Origin: Phoronis australis
Lineage: Eukaryota; Animalia; Phoronida
Assembly (NCBI GenBank): GCA_002633005.1
Contig: NMRA01000889.1
Span: 1 to 64,000 of the forward strand
Reading direction: 5' to 3'
DNA: 64,000 bases
How positions within the stretch are numbered: position 1 is the stretch's first letter; every line of letters begins with the position of its first letter. Positions 35,131-49,175 of this stretch are shown in pieces. A program made the translations under genes and the position numbers. The notes under the pieces are model-generated. The model saw only the letters and a program-made list of their open reading frames with translations. It was not told the origin of the DNA and did no database searches.

Positions 35131-38100
35131 CAATAGCGGAAGTGTAAGCATATTCAAGCTGTGTTGATTGACTTTCAAATACATTGAAGGCAATCTTTTT
35201 TCAAATGGGACTTTCTTATTAAGTCACAAACTGAGTGGAATGGTTGATTGACTTTCAAATATATTGAAGGCATTTTTTTTTCAAATGAGACTTTCTTATT
35301 TAGCCACAAAGTGGGTGGAAGGGTTCCACATATTTGTAAGTGGGAGCATTATTTATTTATACTTGACACATAAAAACGATTTAAAGCAAATATTTACCTT
35401 TCCCCAAACATATTTGTGTTACCTTTTTATTTGCTCAGTTAATATTTTCTTTATGAGCAGTTCAAATTTTTGCCATGCTGAATATTATGCACTGATTGTG
35501 AAAATTTCGCAGTCAATGCGGAATATTACGCACTTGCGCAATAGTACCCGTATTTTGCAGAATTTTTGCATATTTTGCAGAATCTCTGCATATTTTGCCG
35601 AGTCTCCGCCATTGCCTGCAAGATATTCTGCGGTATATTCAGCATTCCTGGTCATTTTTGCACAAAATGAGTGTTAATCAACATTTGAAAACCATTGACT
35701 TGAAACTCCCCATCAGAATGCAATTTCCCATCACCATGTTCTGAAGAATTTTCCTTTTTGAAGGCAATTTTTTGTTTGATTTGAATCATTAAAAAGATTA
35801 CCACTAGCCAACTGTGATGTTCAGTTTCAAAAGAAAGATTTCTCTGAAGTGAGCACCGATTACTGCATGTAGTTTTCACCTAGCCTTAACCTGTGATGGT
35901 AATCCCATATTTTCCATCAGGGTTCAAGGTGAGACAAATGCAAATCGTCCGTGACCTGATAATGCTAATTGTAACCCACACATTTTCAAGGTGACTGGGC
36001 ATTTGCACACTTTGTTCAGCTCAGAACATAAGGTTCTTTCAAGTTTCTTTAAAATTTGCAGAAGTGTGGAAGTCTCCATGGTTGAAATTGTGTGGAGTTG
36101 TGCATTAATCATAAAAGCTGTTTAGAAGACGGATATTGATGTTGTTAAAGATTGTTTAAATGTAATGCGATCATGGTATTAGTTTTGATTTAGGTGATTG
36201 ATGCATGCACGGGGAGAGTGACATGATTAAGAAAGTGAGAGTGTTTGACAATTTTTGACAAGAAAAGTGAGTGCATGTATTTTGTAGAATCATCAGGTTT
36301 CACTCTCTTGCTCCTTTACACACCTTCTCATTGGAGTTCCTTTTGTGAAGAGTAAGAATAGCATTTTACATTCTTGCTCCGTTACGCACCGTGTCAAGGC
36401 GCCGTTTCTTGTTCACATCCGTGGAATGCCCCTTTGTGCCAGTATAAGAATTACAGACGTTTTGCGATGGTGATATGTTTTGTGCCATATCAAGATAGCT
36501 CTTATTATGCTTCATGGTGACTTGAAAGATTGTGATTCATTGTTTGACAATCATGCGACGACTGTGACTGTATTATGCGCTTGTTTTCACATGTGATCAG
36601 AACAAATAAAGAAACTTGGCGATAAAGTGTGTTTTAGAAGGAAGTGTTTCTTTGACGCCGTTGTTGTCATGCCTGTGGCATTTCCTCAAGCGTGAATTCT
36701 TTTCTGAATGTCGTTGGTGTGGAACTCGATAATAGATGTATTGAAAAGAAGCTAGTGGGTGGTCACGCTAACTTCTCTTCATAGTCCAGTGTCTTTCCAT
36801 CTAGGTTGACCACTACAAGACAATGTTGAGAATAACATTGAAAGTTGATTTAGTACTTAAAGGTAATTAAGGAAATGTAACTTCAGGTAATGGTTTAAGG
36901 TACCTTGACTGGAGCATATTTTCAATGGTCTAATATCACGCAAAAATAAAAGGAGTTTGACATGATGTTGCTTGTTAGGACCAGTGCCTATTAGATTCAC
37001 TTTTGACAACATGCAATTAAGAATTGGTTATTTTATTATTTTTATGAAAAATTCAAAGTTGCGTATAATAAAAATGAAAAGATAACCTAGTTATTGTTGT
37101 TTTGATTGAAATCTCTTTTCTACAATATTTATTCCATCCACAGTTTTTAGATATAGGTTATGTGCAAAGGGTTGTTGTTAAGTTTGCATTAGTCAGATAT
37201 AATATGCCAGTAACTTAAGAACCAGTTTGATGTCTGTTACTCAGTAGAGAAAACTGGTTCTCAAAATTCAGGCATGTTATATCCGACCATTACCAATAAG
37301 ATTATAAAACAGTAAATCTAGTGATCACTGTTATAGTAGTTCTGTTGATCGGTGTGGGACGGAGATGCGTGTAGTATGAACTTTGTGCCCCATCCCAGCA
37401 CCAGCCTCACAAAAATGCATTCAAATGTTAATATCACAACCACATTTTCTTGAAACCTATGCTGTCCAGATAAGTTGATGTGTTCTTTGGCATTCAACCT
37501 TCCATGATGCACTTGTTGTCCGGTGTTGTTTCCGCATGGAACGCCTGCTGGCTTACAGTCATTCAAAGTTCACAGTTTGTACTCGGCCTACACATTGCTG
37601 TATGGCTGACTTGCAGTTCTTCCGGAAAGTTCACTTATCTATGATGAGGGCTCTGAGTGGATTATGGGTGCTTTTGCCAAGAATTCTTAGTTGACACAGC
37701 AGATGTTATTGTAATCAAATAAAATGTGGTTTTCTCTTCATGATGGCTGCTTCCATTTGGAGCAAAAATGAGTGCTAATGACTGACCATTTTTACATAAT
37801 TCTAGAAGTTCTTATACTGATATAGGTCATGAGGGGTGTTTGCCTAGGTGCACAATATACGATTTCCTAAGCGGCATGATTATAAATGGCACCAAGAGCA
37901 ATTACGTGGTCTGATGTCCTACTAAATTTGAGTAAAACCTTGTTTTTGACTGACTGCATCTGACGCTGTTGATTTTGGGAAACTCAACAAATGCTAAATT
38001 ACAAATTGTGGCTCTAAAAGTTAAGGGCCTATGAATGTACATTTGACAGGTGTCCTATTTTTGAAAATTCTCGGTAGTACAGTAAAATCTTGCCATTTTG

Positions 38101-39983
38101 TAACCAAAATAATTACCATAATGGCCATTTTTCAAAGACGTCTGGTTGTAGCTATGGTACAAACCTTGAACATCTGAAAGCCTTACTTGATTGCATACAC
38201 ATCTTTCATAGAAATATCAAAAAATAAAGTTTAACTTTTCTCCTCGTATTGTGTCCTTTATTAACGAGATTTCACCGTAGTGCATTCACTTCGTAAGATC
38301 ATTCACTATGACAGCTGCCACCATGACATTGAATTGCTTTCTTATCAACAATCGTCATGATAAATGCGTCATTTTGCAAGTAATGACGATTTTCTGCAGG
38401 TGCTACTTAAAAGATTTCCTATGTCGTTTGACATGTCTCAATCACAGTAAAAATGTATTTTACCCAATGTGTCAAAACCTTAAGCAAGCAAGCCTAGTAA
38501 AATACTAGAGTTCAATCCATTCTACTGTTGTGTGACCAAGCCTGCAAGGAATTGCTTTGCGTAACAATTTTTGAAGACATACATAAAATGTTCGTCTCAT
38601 TTGCCTGATGGTAGAGCTTAAAATGAAGGCATACCTGTCACTGGCCATATTGCCATAACACCTGAATGCAGTATAGATCAACAAGTTATGAAATTCTATA
38701 TCCAAATTACTTAATGTAGGGACTCTTTCCCATCAAGTTAAATCCGATACTAGCAAAGCAGTGGCATAAATTACGAAATTAACTGAAGTTGAGCATTCGT
38801 TCTATAGCTGCAACGCTTAGCTATTAAATCCACCTGTTTTATGTGAAGTAAACTCGAGTTGTTACCTTTGATCCAAAACCAAATTTTTGACGTTTGTAGG
38901 GAAGGCCTTAAAGTGATTTTTTGGCCTTGAGAAATGAGATACTACATTGTTCTGTGCCTTTGATGGAAAGTGCCATCACTAGTAAGTGGTCGTGGTCATC
39001 TGGTGGTGTAATTCTACGATTGTTCTTGACTTCTTTGTGGTCACAGCCGAAAAAGATTAATTTCACACCTGCGCATGCATTCACATTGTTATGGATAGTC
39101 CATCAGTAGATGCATTGAAACATTGAACACGAATCAAAGATCATGGCTATTAATGGACATTCTGTGAAGAAACTTGACTTTTGATTTACCGTATGTCTTT
39201 TAAGACTGTAAAATTAGTCCCAATTTGTTCCTTGAAAACAGAGAATAAGGGAGTTTTTGGTCTTGCAAAGGTGACAGTTCATTACTGCTCGAGACTGTGC
39301 TTGGCGAATAATGTGAAACGCCTTGACTATACAACTTGTAAAGCCTGGTCTCAAGCAATAACAAATTGTCAGCTATTTCCTGGCCCTGAAATCACATCTG
39401 TTTCACCTAAGAAACAATTTGAGACCAATTTTGGAACACTGAAATAGTAGTGCATTCACAAGACGATTTTTGTGACTGAAGACAGGGTCAATTGCTCTAA
39501 GCTTCATGTTTTTTAATTTAAAAGTAATGTAAAAAATTAGCAATATTTTTGGATTGGGATGCATGATCAAAATTAGACCTGAATTTTTGCTTTCTTTGTT
39601 GATACTCTAGGTTTTGGGTTACAGCAAACGCCCTTCACTTAAACCCCCTGATATGGCGGGAAAGATCAATTTTATTTTGTCTAGTTTCTCAAATGAAAAC
39701 GTTCAAAATGTCCATGTTTAACTCATTCATTAACCACGATTTTTTCTTTACAACCATTTTATAAAACAAAACCTGCATACAATTGATAACATCTAGCATG
39801 TTGCGAACGTCGCCAGTTACAAACACAACAACCACTTAATTTTGGAGGATATTGTCAGATTCGTTTTTAGCATAAAAGTTCAGTTAGAAACAATCTTCAA
39901 ACGAAAACAATTCACGCATAATTAGTATTCTTATATTGCTGTAAACTTCATTGAAGACACGACTGTACTTATTGGTTGACAGC

Positions 39984-41150
39984 TTAAAGGTGAAGGCAAC
40001 CTTTTTCATGTCGTTTTGAGCTAAAATAAGGTTGGTTGGTTATCCTAGACATATTTTCCACTTAATTACAGCTTTTCGTAATTTTGTTAATTACTCGTCC
40101 GCTACTCCGGAAGTGACGTTTCAGGAGGCAAGCATTTCGCGCCAATTTCTTTTCATATAGTCTGACTGTGAGAGCTGCCAAGTCAGTCATTGTTCTACCT
40201 CGGTTGTTTAAAGTTACGTCGTCGTTTGCTTTCATTTACTAGTCAGTCAACATGCCACACTGTTGCTGCGTACCTGGAAGTACTCATTATCGTCTCACAC
40301 GTGCTTTGGGAGTACCTTAGCATCGCTTTCCGATGGATGACACACTTCGCCGTACTTGGCTCGTTCGTGTGAAGAACGCAGCGTTACCCGTCCACTTAAC
40401 GTACAAAGCAGTCGAGAATTTCCGTGTGTGTGGCAAGCACTTTCTGCCGTCCGATTATGAAAGGGATTTGTACGCTGAACTGATGAAGGTCCCTGCGAAA
40501 CAACGCCTGAAGAAGGATGTTGATTCCCGACAGTGCCGATCGCCACCCCCGAGAAGTGCGTTTTTGAAGACAGAAGCCTCGCGAGCTGTGGCCAGTACAG
40601 TGACTGGAGCCAGTGGATGCACTTCATCGACTGTCACCGGTGCCTCCGAACGTACCCCAGAGCATGCCATTCCTGGAACCAGTAGTGATTCGCCCTGTGC
40701 TGTTTTCTCCAGCCCAGAGCCTCTAAGCAGCCCTGCAGCGATATTGAGTAGTGGGAGTGATTACAGGCCCAGTTCGACACCTAGTGAAGAGGACAGTTCG
40801 TCGTCCAGTGAACAGATCGGTGAGCCAAACTTTGATAAGTTTATTGTGGACTTGTCTAAAGTGTTGGAGCTATTTAGAAGGTGCCAGGTGTGTGGCGAGG
40901 GAGTCACACGACACGATGTAAGCAGTTTTGGTGCTCAGGTCACCATCCAGTGGGAGTGTGTCGCGGGACACTCGGGCAAGTGGGACAGTTGTTCCTCTGT
41001 CCATGGTATGCNAACGTCACTTCCGGAGTAGAGGACGAGTAATTAATAAAATTACGAAAAGCTGTAGTTAAGTGGAAAATATGTCTAGGATAACCAATCA
41101 ACCTTATTTTAGCTCAAAATGACATGAAAAAAGGTTGCCTTCGCCTTTAA
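39984..41150 (+). mobile_element. Second Kolobok-like THAP element (same family)
   Basis: TTAA-AGGTGAAGGCAACC...GGTTGCCTTCGCCT-TTAA with near-perfect TIRs. THAP ORF from ATG 40252 (MPHCCCVPGS...P*HRFP...W...RVCGKHF) has one in-frame TAG at 40318-20, then a CQVC...WECVAGH Zn motif. A single N at 41012 joins the ORF to the right TIR. Confidence 0.88.
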
Positions 41151-41165
41151 TACTGACTCACTCGT

Positions 41166-41395
41166 AGTGTCTAAACAATCTCTTTTCTTCAGGCGTGCAG
41201 CTATGTAGCAAAACACCAAGAGACATAACAGACAAACAAATTAAAACAGTAGCTATATCTGCGTATATTGTGAGACCCCTGTCTCATGATCATGCTGTCT
41301 CGATATATATAGGGTTTTAATTTGTTTGTCTGTTATGTCTCTCAGTGTTTTGCTACATAGCTGCAGGTCTGAAGAAAAGACATTGTTTAGACACT
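41166..41395. repeat. Long inverted repeat (~85-bp arms)
   Basis: AGTGTCTAAACAAT...ACAAATTAAAAC pairs with GTTTTAATTTGT...ATTGTTTAGACACT with few mismatches. Confidence 0.8.
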
Positions 41396-41939
41396 TAATT
41401 TGTTGACTTAACATTTCTTGGAATGTTTTCGTAAATTTTCCTGTATGGAAGCCATTGCTGAACTAAGCTGGTTCCTTACAACAATTAATTGAAACCCACA
41501 GAGAAACCTGCAGTTTTAATTTTCATTATCACCCTAATCTGTTTTGAAGTACACTCTTGTAGCTCATAGGAAGTTGAGGATTATTTGCCTGCAGCTATGA
41601 AACAATAAATCAGTCAGACTGAAATTGCAATGGGTCACGTGGTTGCTTTTGGAAGGGGTGGAATATCTATAAATTCGTTTAACGAAACTCATCTGGTGTT
41701 TAATGTTAGCAGGAAAATGATGAAACAGGCATTTGTTTTTCTTATTTTGACACAGTTTAGGAACAAAGACGTTAACAAGACAAATCTTTGAGGAATTGTG
41801 TAAGTGAGAATTATTTGAAGCCTGAAAGTGCAATAAAATCTCACCAGTTTTGGACAAAAATTTCCTGCTTACATTTTTAAAAAACTTCTACCAACTTTTC
41901 AAAACATTCACTGATGGTAGCTGTGTTATAGAAATTAGA

Positions 41940-43124
41940 AGTGGTGAAGCATTTATTTGATGAACCGTCAGCTTTAAATAAAAGAAGAAATGAAATTTCA
42001 CTTGTCCTCCGATTTGCTGTGTCTTAGACTGGTACCGTAGTGTATGTGTTTCATAGCACCAAAGACATGCTAAACGCTTGTAATGCTTAGATTATAGAAC
42101 TTTTGTTGGGTGCTGTCTGGAATGTAATGTGTATATGCCATTGTAGGCTTTTACTATAGAATGTAAAAATATTTCTGGAGGTAAAGAGACTCGAACTATT
42201 GATTTAGACCACTTGTTGTTTTAATACTCTACTCGTTCTTAACATATACGAGATCTGGGTTTCTGGGCTTGGAAAAAAGTGAGAGTTTGTTGTTGCTTGA
42301 TACTATGCAACAAGCATAGTATATCCTGTGTTAACAAGCCAACTTGAAGAGCATTGTTTTCAAGCAATAATGAACTCTTTCAAGGCTATAAACGACCTTT
42401 AGCTTGACCAAGAGCAACTTGAGACCACTTTGTCTTTGGCAGGGGCCCTAGAGCAAAAGTTAGTTTTTGTGACTAAAGCCAGTGCATAGCTGCTTTAACT
42501 CAATCACTTATTCTAGTTGTCAATTACAATAATAGGGCTGCTTGTGAACTAAATGCGTCTGACAGCTTCTCTGCTCTAGTTAGGCTAAGTAATTGCTGTT
42601 TGTCAGACTTGGTAATACAGGATGAGGAGATAAAATAGTGATCTGATGATTCTTGAAAGGGTAGTCCTAATGTCATTCAGTTACACCGGTAAACCAATCA
42701 CATTAGACGTCTTAAAATATTGGTGCATTAATAAAGTGCAGTGTGCATTGTCAGCTGCGTGGTTATTATAACTGTTTTGACTTGGGTGTTTGGAACTGGG
42801 TTGAAGTCATATTGGACAATTGTGTTAGCGACAGATTTATGCAGGATTCCAAAACTAGGAATCTTAATTTTCTAAAAAAAAATCTTACCGAACAAGTGTC
42901 TTGGTTTTGGGAGTCGTATTTGTATCATACATGGACTTTGATTGTTGAGCATATATGTTTTCTCTCAGTCTAATGTTTTGCACAGCATTCTTATGGTCAA
43001 TACCCTTACAATGTCTGTCTAAATTTGAGATTCTGAAGTTGGTACATACAATGGTAAAACTCTTTGCGCGACTTGAATTCTTGCAGAAGCTACACAACAT
43101 ACGAGTCAATGTATCGTCCACCAT
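41940..43124 (-). pseudogene. Decayed hAT-type transposase remnant with TTF-type zinc finger
   Basis: ORF 42885..43163 has MLCSFCK...SFTIVCTNFRISNLDRHCKGIDHKNA (C2H2 TTF-like spacing); a downstream fragment FLLLFKADGSSN (~41960-41995) resembles the first catalytic Asp region. Confidence 0.55.
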
Positions 43125-43166
43125 CTTGAATATGTAATTAGGTAGAGTGAACAATGAATTCACATA

Positions 43167-44399
43167 CCGTATTCGCCGTAATAACCGCCCATGCCCCTAT
43201 AAGCGCCCCCCAAACGTTTTCAGACTTTGCTGAAATAAGCGCCCAGTCCATGAACGTGTACGTGCGAACAATGACGTACCTACAGTCCTAAAACTCGGCT
43301 ACAGTAACGTCTTCAATTTATCAAAAAATTTTTGCACGGGTCTTCTAGACCACCAGCTGCACTGCTACGTTTGTATTTAGCCGTGACTATACACTTCAAA
43401 GTAACGCAGCGCTTCAAAAAGAACGCAACAGCGTTGCTACTCTCGCGACGACCGTCCCCTACTAAGGTCTGACCTTTCAATACAGACACATCGACTGTCT
43501 CACGAATAAAAATAACTTGGTGTTAAACGCACGTGGCCGGGAAGCGCGCGCTACATATATGAACCTGTCATCAAAGACATTACTTGGGAACTATCCATTC
43601 ATGAAACGGGTAGCATAGCATCGGTAAGAAATCAATATTGGCACTAATTTCCGACAATTTCTAATACTATAAAACATGTTTGCGTTATTTATGAGATATA
43701 TTGTTTGATTAACTATAAGTGGTGTTCTTAAGCCAAATATCCGATAAAATGACAACTGACAGTGAATGCTTACACACCCTTACACCGAAAAATAACTGTC
43801 AGATAGTTATACGTACGTACCCATCCAGCTACACGGCGAATAATATGGGCCTTACCGAGACAAATGTCGAACGTTTTTAGCACATGAGACCGGCAAGTGC
43901 TGAATGAAACACGCTCTGGTTTAGGTCTACTGCTTGTGCAAATTTCTTTAGACACAATCAATGCACATCTAGCTCGTTAGATTGCGTGGCTCTGGCCAAA
44001 AGACGGTCTCTGCTTTGTCAAATGAACTCTGGTGACACGCACGCGCTTGCTTACTCACACATGCAGACGAACTTCAAAACAAACGTCACGTGACAACAAC
44101 ATGTGGGTTCGTCCAGACATTTTTCTCGCCGTGTTGCCGATCATACATGTAGATGGCACGATGTTGCACAGATTTGTACTTAAACCTGCCGTTAATCCAG
44201 ACCCCACGGGAACTCAAAAAAAATCTTAGAGACGTCTTTCATAGATTACAGATACGTCACAGAGCGTACATTTAATGAATCTTAGCTTCCGATTTCACGC
44301 GTTTCGGAGACCGGATTTCAACCGCCTTGGGTTATAATAAGCTCCCCCTCTGAACCGAACTTTTCTAAGCGCCCTGGGCAGTTATTACGGCGAATACGG
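43167..44399 (+). mobile_element. Non-autonomous Tc1/mariner-pogo-type element (MITE)
   Basis: TIR CCGTATTCGCCGTAATAAC...GTTATTACGGCGAATACGG, TA on both sides, no long ORF. Confidence 0.85.
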
Positions 44400-47300
44400 T
44401 ACCATCTAAAATAAGGTCTGTCCATTCAAAGGACATGCAAGACAGTCACTGCGTAATCCCCTGATTAGCGACACTTTCTGTTAATTCCTGATTATACATA
44501 TACATACTAATGGACGTCATCTTCTGAGCGATTTTAAAAATCACACAGCTGGTGATATAATAAATGAAGATTTTTGTTACTCATTAATTTATTGAATAGT
44601 GTTAGCATGCAAATGCTGCTAAATATGCATAGACAGGTCTCCAACTATTCTATCCTTTTGAAAACTGTGAAAAGCCTAATCTCCAAATACCGCCCTCGGC
44701 GGTTAAATTGGCAAACCCAAAAATTCGGGGTGAGCGGTTAACCAGACATGGGCGCTTAAACGTGAAATTTTCAAAAAATCGTGGGTGGGCGGTAAACCGA
44801 ACATGGATGGTTATTACGACAGGGCGGTTAATCTTACCTCATGATCCAAGTCCCCAGACAAAGTCGGAACGCGAAGCACTTTTCAAAGAGCTTTATCACC
44901 ACATCGTCAAACGACAGTAAAAATGTCATAACAGTGGATGATCCCAACAAAGGTTCTTGCCATCAGATTAGTCATTTACAGTTAAATTCACACAATTGCT
45001 GAGTAATAGCCCGTGCCGTCCTGCGGTCTTCTTAGAGCTGTACCTGTAGGGCGCAGATGACCAGTGACCATATGCAACGCTCCACTTGGATTGCAACTAT
45101 TCTCACGTGGTGACAGTGAAAAGTGCGCGCGTGCAAGCTTCACGTGTTGTAGAAGTCACAGCAGAGTCCTAAGTATTAGCTGTCAAGTTCTGAGTTAGAG
45201 AGCAGTTTTAAAATTATTTGTAATTAAAGTTTGAAAAACTAATTAATTGGGATGTTTATGTTCGAGACTCTGTGATTCATTGACATTTTCAACGTAAGGT
45301 TCTACGGCTGTTTTATTTCGACCGCCCGGCGAAGGTAGGTGGACATGAGCCAGTCACCAGTCAAAAGTTACTGCAAAGGCATTACTCAAAAACAACTACT
45401 TCAGATTTTGTTTGTAAAAAATACTAACACTACTATGAATGGGATAAGTCTAATGAACCCGTACAGTAGAGTCTGAGGAAGAATTAGTTCATACACATAC
45501 CTGCATTGGGAGAGATAATTAGAGGACGAAGCCCCCATTATTGGGGTAACCGGCACCCGTGGTTTGTTGTACGACTATATTAGTGACGAGCTCCAACGAG
45601 CAATGTGTTCTTATCGAGTCGGTGTTGTTGCATCACTCAGCTAGGCATAATAAACTGCAGGTTGCATAAGCGACCTGAAATTTGGAAATGAGAGCCGAGA
45701 TTTTGGTCATCTTGTATTTAGTCGTATAATGCGACCTAACAGCGATGTTTGTATTCATTGCTAAATGATCAACTTACCAAATTTTGTGGTGGAAAAATAC
45801 ATTTTTTATTTACATGCAAGATTTCCAGATTGTCCTATTATATCACCTAAAATATCGAATTACGGCACTGTTTGGTCCCGCTGTTTGCGCGCAATGTCCA
45901 TGCAAACAATCGCGACCTGGAAATGCCGTCAAGTAATACAACGGCCTGTTTCAATATGTGTCTTGTTTTTTACGACAAGGCAGCGACAAACAAACTCTCA
46001 AGACTTTATTTCCGGGGTTGAGCACGTGCGTATGAGTCACCTGTCACTCAAATATGCAGTCAAGGTAACTTGCACTCCAGTGTGGGAACTCGCGCGTGCG
46101 CACCACACCTAAGTCGCACATCAAAAGAGAATTGCGACAGTACAAAGTATAAGAGTATACCGGCTTGACTGTAGGTTTAAGATCACCGGGTGTTTATCTG
46201 ACACTGACAATGACACGTAGATATTTCAGAGTTGAATGGGCAGGATTTTGTTGCCTTTGAAACTGGCCGATGTACAAACAAAATTGTTCGGGAGGACTAA
46301 AAAGGATTAGGTGGAAACAATATTCACACAGTCACGCCCAGGTGGGGGTTGTCGTAAGAAACTGTATTGCAAAGAACCGCCATCGACGTTGGTGAAATCT
46401 GCCAACGTCAGTTAGACTGAGATGCATCAAAATGGGGAGAATTTGACATCTTTGCGTAAGTTATGGGAATTCTTCAATATCCAAGAGCTTCCCACCTAAA
46501 GCGAATTAGGATTGTTAATTGGCAAAACCAGTGTCACATTTCTCTAGCCTTATTTTTTAATATAGGCACTGCAGACGGAAACTTAGCGCAGCAGACGGCA
46601 TCGTTGAAATCGTAGGTATTCAAGCCGTTGGTGTTCTTAAACTTTTGCGAACATAAATGAGAAGAAAATAAAGTTTCAAAATGTTCAAGTATTATATTTT
46701 GAAGTAAATCCATGACCCGGGACAAGAATTTGTTACTTATATTTTAATTCACATTTACGGTAATTTGTTCTTGTTTGCAATACACTTCAAAGCTCTCTAA
46801 TATGGCAAGTTTGTGCAAGTTAACGTTTCAAATTCCACACTTAGTCACATTGCGCACCAACTGAAGTTGAGCAATTCCATCTGTTAACTAGGTTGGATGG
46901 ATTCTGTGAATTAATCACTATTTGGTCGGTTTCACAAATGGGATCTTGCTTTGCCATTACATGAAAGGAGTGGTAACTATGGTACAACTTGTACTAACCA
47001 GCAAATAATACAGTCTTCATCTTGCTGTAACCTAACTTCGGTACTTACGATTTCCAAGTGTATTGTGTATTCTGTTTAGAATTTTGTTATGAAGCAGTCA
47101 CGCAATGATAAGATTTATTTTTATCCCATGTGCGTTGAATCAGTCGAGTGCAATACGGCCATGTGATATTGTTTTCCGTATTCCCATCCCGGACTACTTC
47201 AACAGTGCCCTTTGACATGGAAAGTTCAAAAGGTAGGTCAATGTCGACTTGACGTTGTTAGCCAGTTGGATCATCAAACTTTCCCAAAATAATTTAAAGT

Positions 47301-49175
47301 AATACAGTTGCAGCAGTATAAATAACACTCAGCATGCAATCAGGACCCAAACCTAACATCTGGAACAAAACTGTTAATTACATGACACTTCTGTCTCAGT
47401 TTTCAATTGCTTAATATTAGATCGTCTGCAACTCAGACATGGATTCCTTAGTAACTACAATATCAAATATTATTCTTTTTTAACTGTTTTCTGGAAATGT
47501 TACAAGTTCAATGCACATTTAACCTTGTTTTCATATTTTGTTATCTCTTTTCAAGTAATAAATCATTACATTTAAAACTGTTTCTTTTTCTAAGGAAAAC
47601 TTGGAATCTAACGCCCAAGTACATACATGTAGGATGTGATCCACCATGTGAACAGTCTTGGAGAAGTATTTAAAAAATCTGCTGGAAAACTTGCGGATTC
47701 AAATCCTTTGGGATAAATACGAAACGTACCTCAATTGGCATAGATGAAGTAATGTCTCGTGGGACATTACTTCATCTACTCCACTCTCGGTACGTATGTA
47801 TTTGTAATGCTCGCCAACCCTGGATAATTTTTATTTTTTGTTACACACTTGAGTTGGTTGTGTTTGAGAAATAAGCAATCTTTGTTTCTTGTTATTAGAT
47901 TTCCTGTTATTTTCTTCTAAAACAAACATCCTATTTGGTATTCATGAACCCTGTTCCTTTGGTGACTGGCTCAACGTGTCATCTAGATTGACAAATGCAT
48001 TATCGTATAATTCTTATACTTTATTCATGTTAAATTGACATTGAGTGTTTTACGTTGGAATAATGATTTTTTCTTATGCTAATAAAATCTACTTGGCTAT
48101 TCCAATGAATTGTAATAACCTACCTGGATTATAGTAAAAATGAAGTGTCATTTCGATAACGAATCTGAAATAGCAAGCATGCAAAATTCTAAATCTAATT
48201 TTTATAATCCCAGGAGCTTCGCATGTCTAAAAAATAAAAGGTTTCTTGTGTCTTTGTGAATGATCTAGAGAACGAGCTCAAGCTTTTTGTTTTTTAAACT
48301 TATTTTAAGTGTTTTCGGATTTAAGCTGAAAAGTTTTCATCCTTGAATCTTATGCCTCCTTGGTGTGGTGCATAATGAGGTGATCTACGCTTGAAGTTGA
48401 AACCCGCGATGACCTAAGTACTGCATTTTCACATTTACCCCTATCATTCACGGAGGCCTCCAATCAATCTATTACCATATCCTTAGTGTTTAGCCCAGCA
48501 CCATTTTTGAGAAAATCATTGCATGCCTACTATCCCTTTCTTTAAAGCATCCGAAAACAGTTTTATTTCAGTTGACAAATGAATGCAGTTGAACTTGCTG
48601 TAAAAATCATATCCTGCCTACTACACCCAAGTTTTTTAAGGCTTGATTTTTGCAGTGCCTGCCTATGAATAATAAATATTGTCGAGGCACCGATACTAGT
48701 TTGAGAGTTTTTAAAGGTGACAAGGGTAAGACTTGAAAACTGATTCTTGTAAACAACCTGAGGGTAACTGTGGTTAGGAGTGAACTTGGTTAATTAACTT
48801 TGTAGTATGCTGTGAACAATTGATGTATAACTAAAAGTTTCGGTCCTAAAAATATTGCAAGGCAGTAAGTCTCTAAGGTTTGCGCCTTTCTGGCAGGGCT
48901 CAGTTTGTCTGTTGGTACCGTGCTGTCCAGATGTGAGTTGAAGAAACTGAACTTATTGCATTAATCTGAGTTGGGAATGGGTTGGGATTTCAATTAGAAA
49001 AGTTGATGACTCAGGTCATTCTGTCTTCTGCTCTAATAGAATATTGTAGCAAGATCTCTCTTTTCTGTTATTTGGGGCATTGGCTGAGGATGTAGGTTTA
49101 CTTGAAATTTGGGATGAAAGTTAATTCTTTATTCTTTGCTTGATGGCACTTTTGTCTGAGTTATTTAAGCATGGG

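Noticed and set aside
34724-35147. Cys-rich repeat peptide ORFs, or a CRISPR-like array
   Set aside because: Head-to-tail 39-bp minisatellite with no unique spacers, a frameshifting short unit and no cas genes, in a eukaryotic intron.
47620-47750. LEKYLKNL fragment as a possible downstream DDX1 exon
   Set aside because: In-frame stop immediately upstream and no FCRTK/DCD context.
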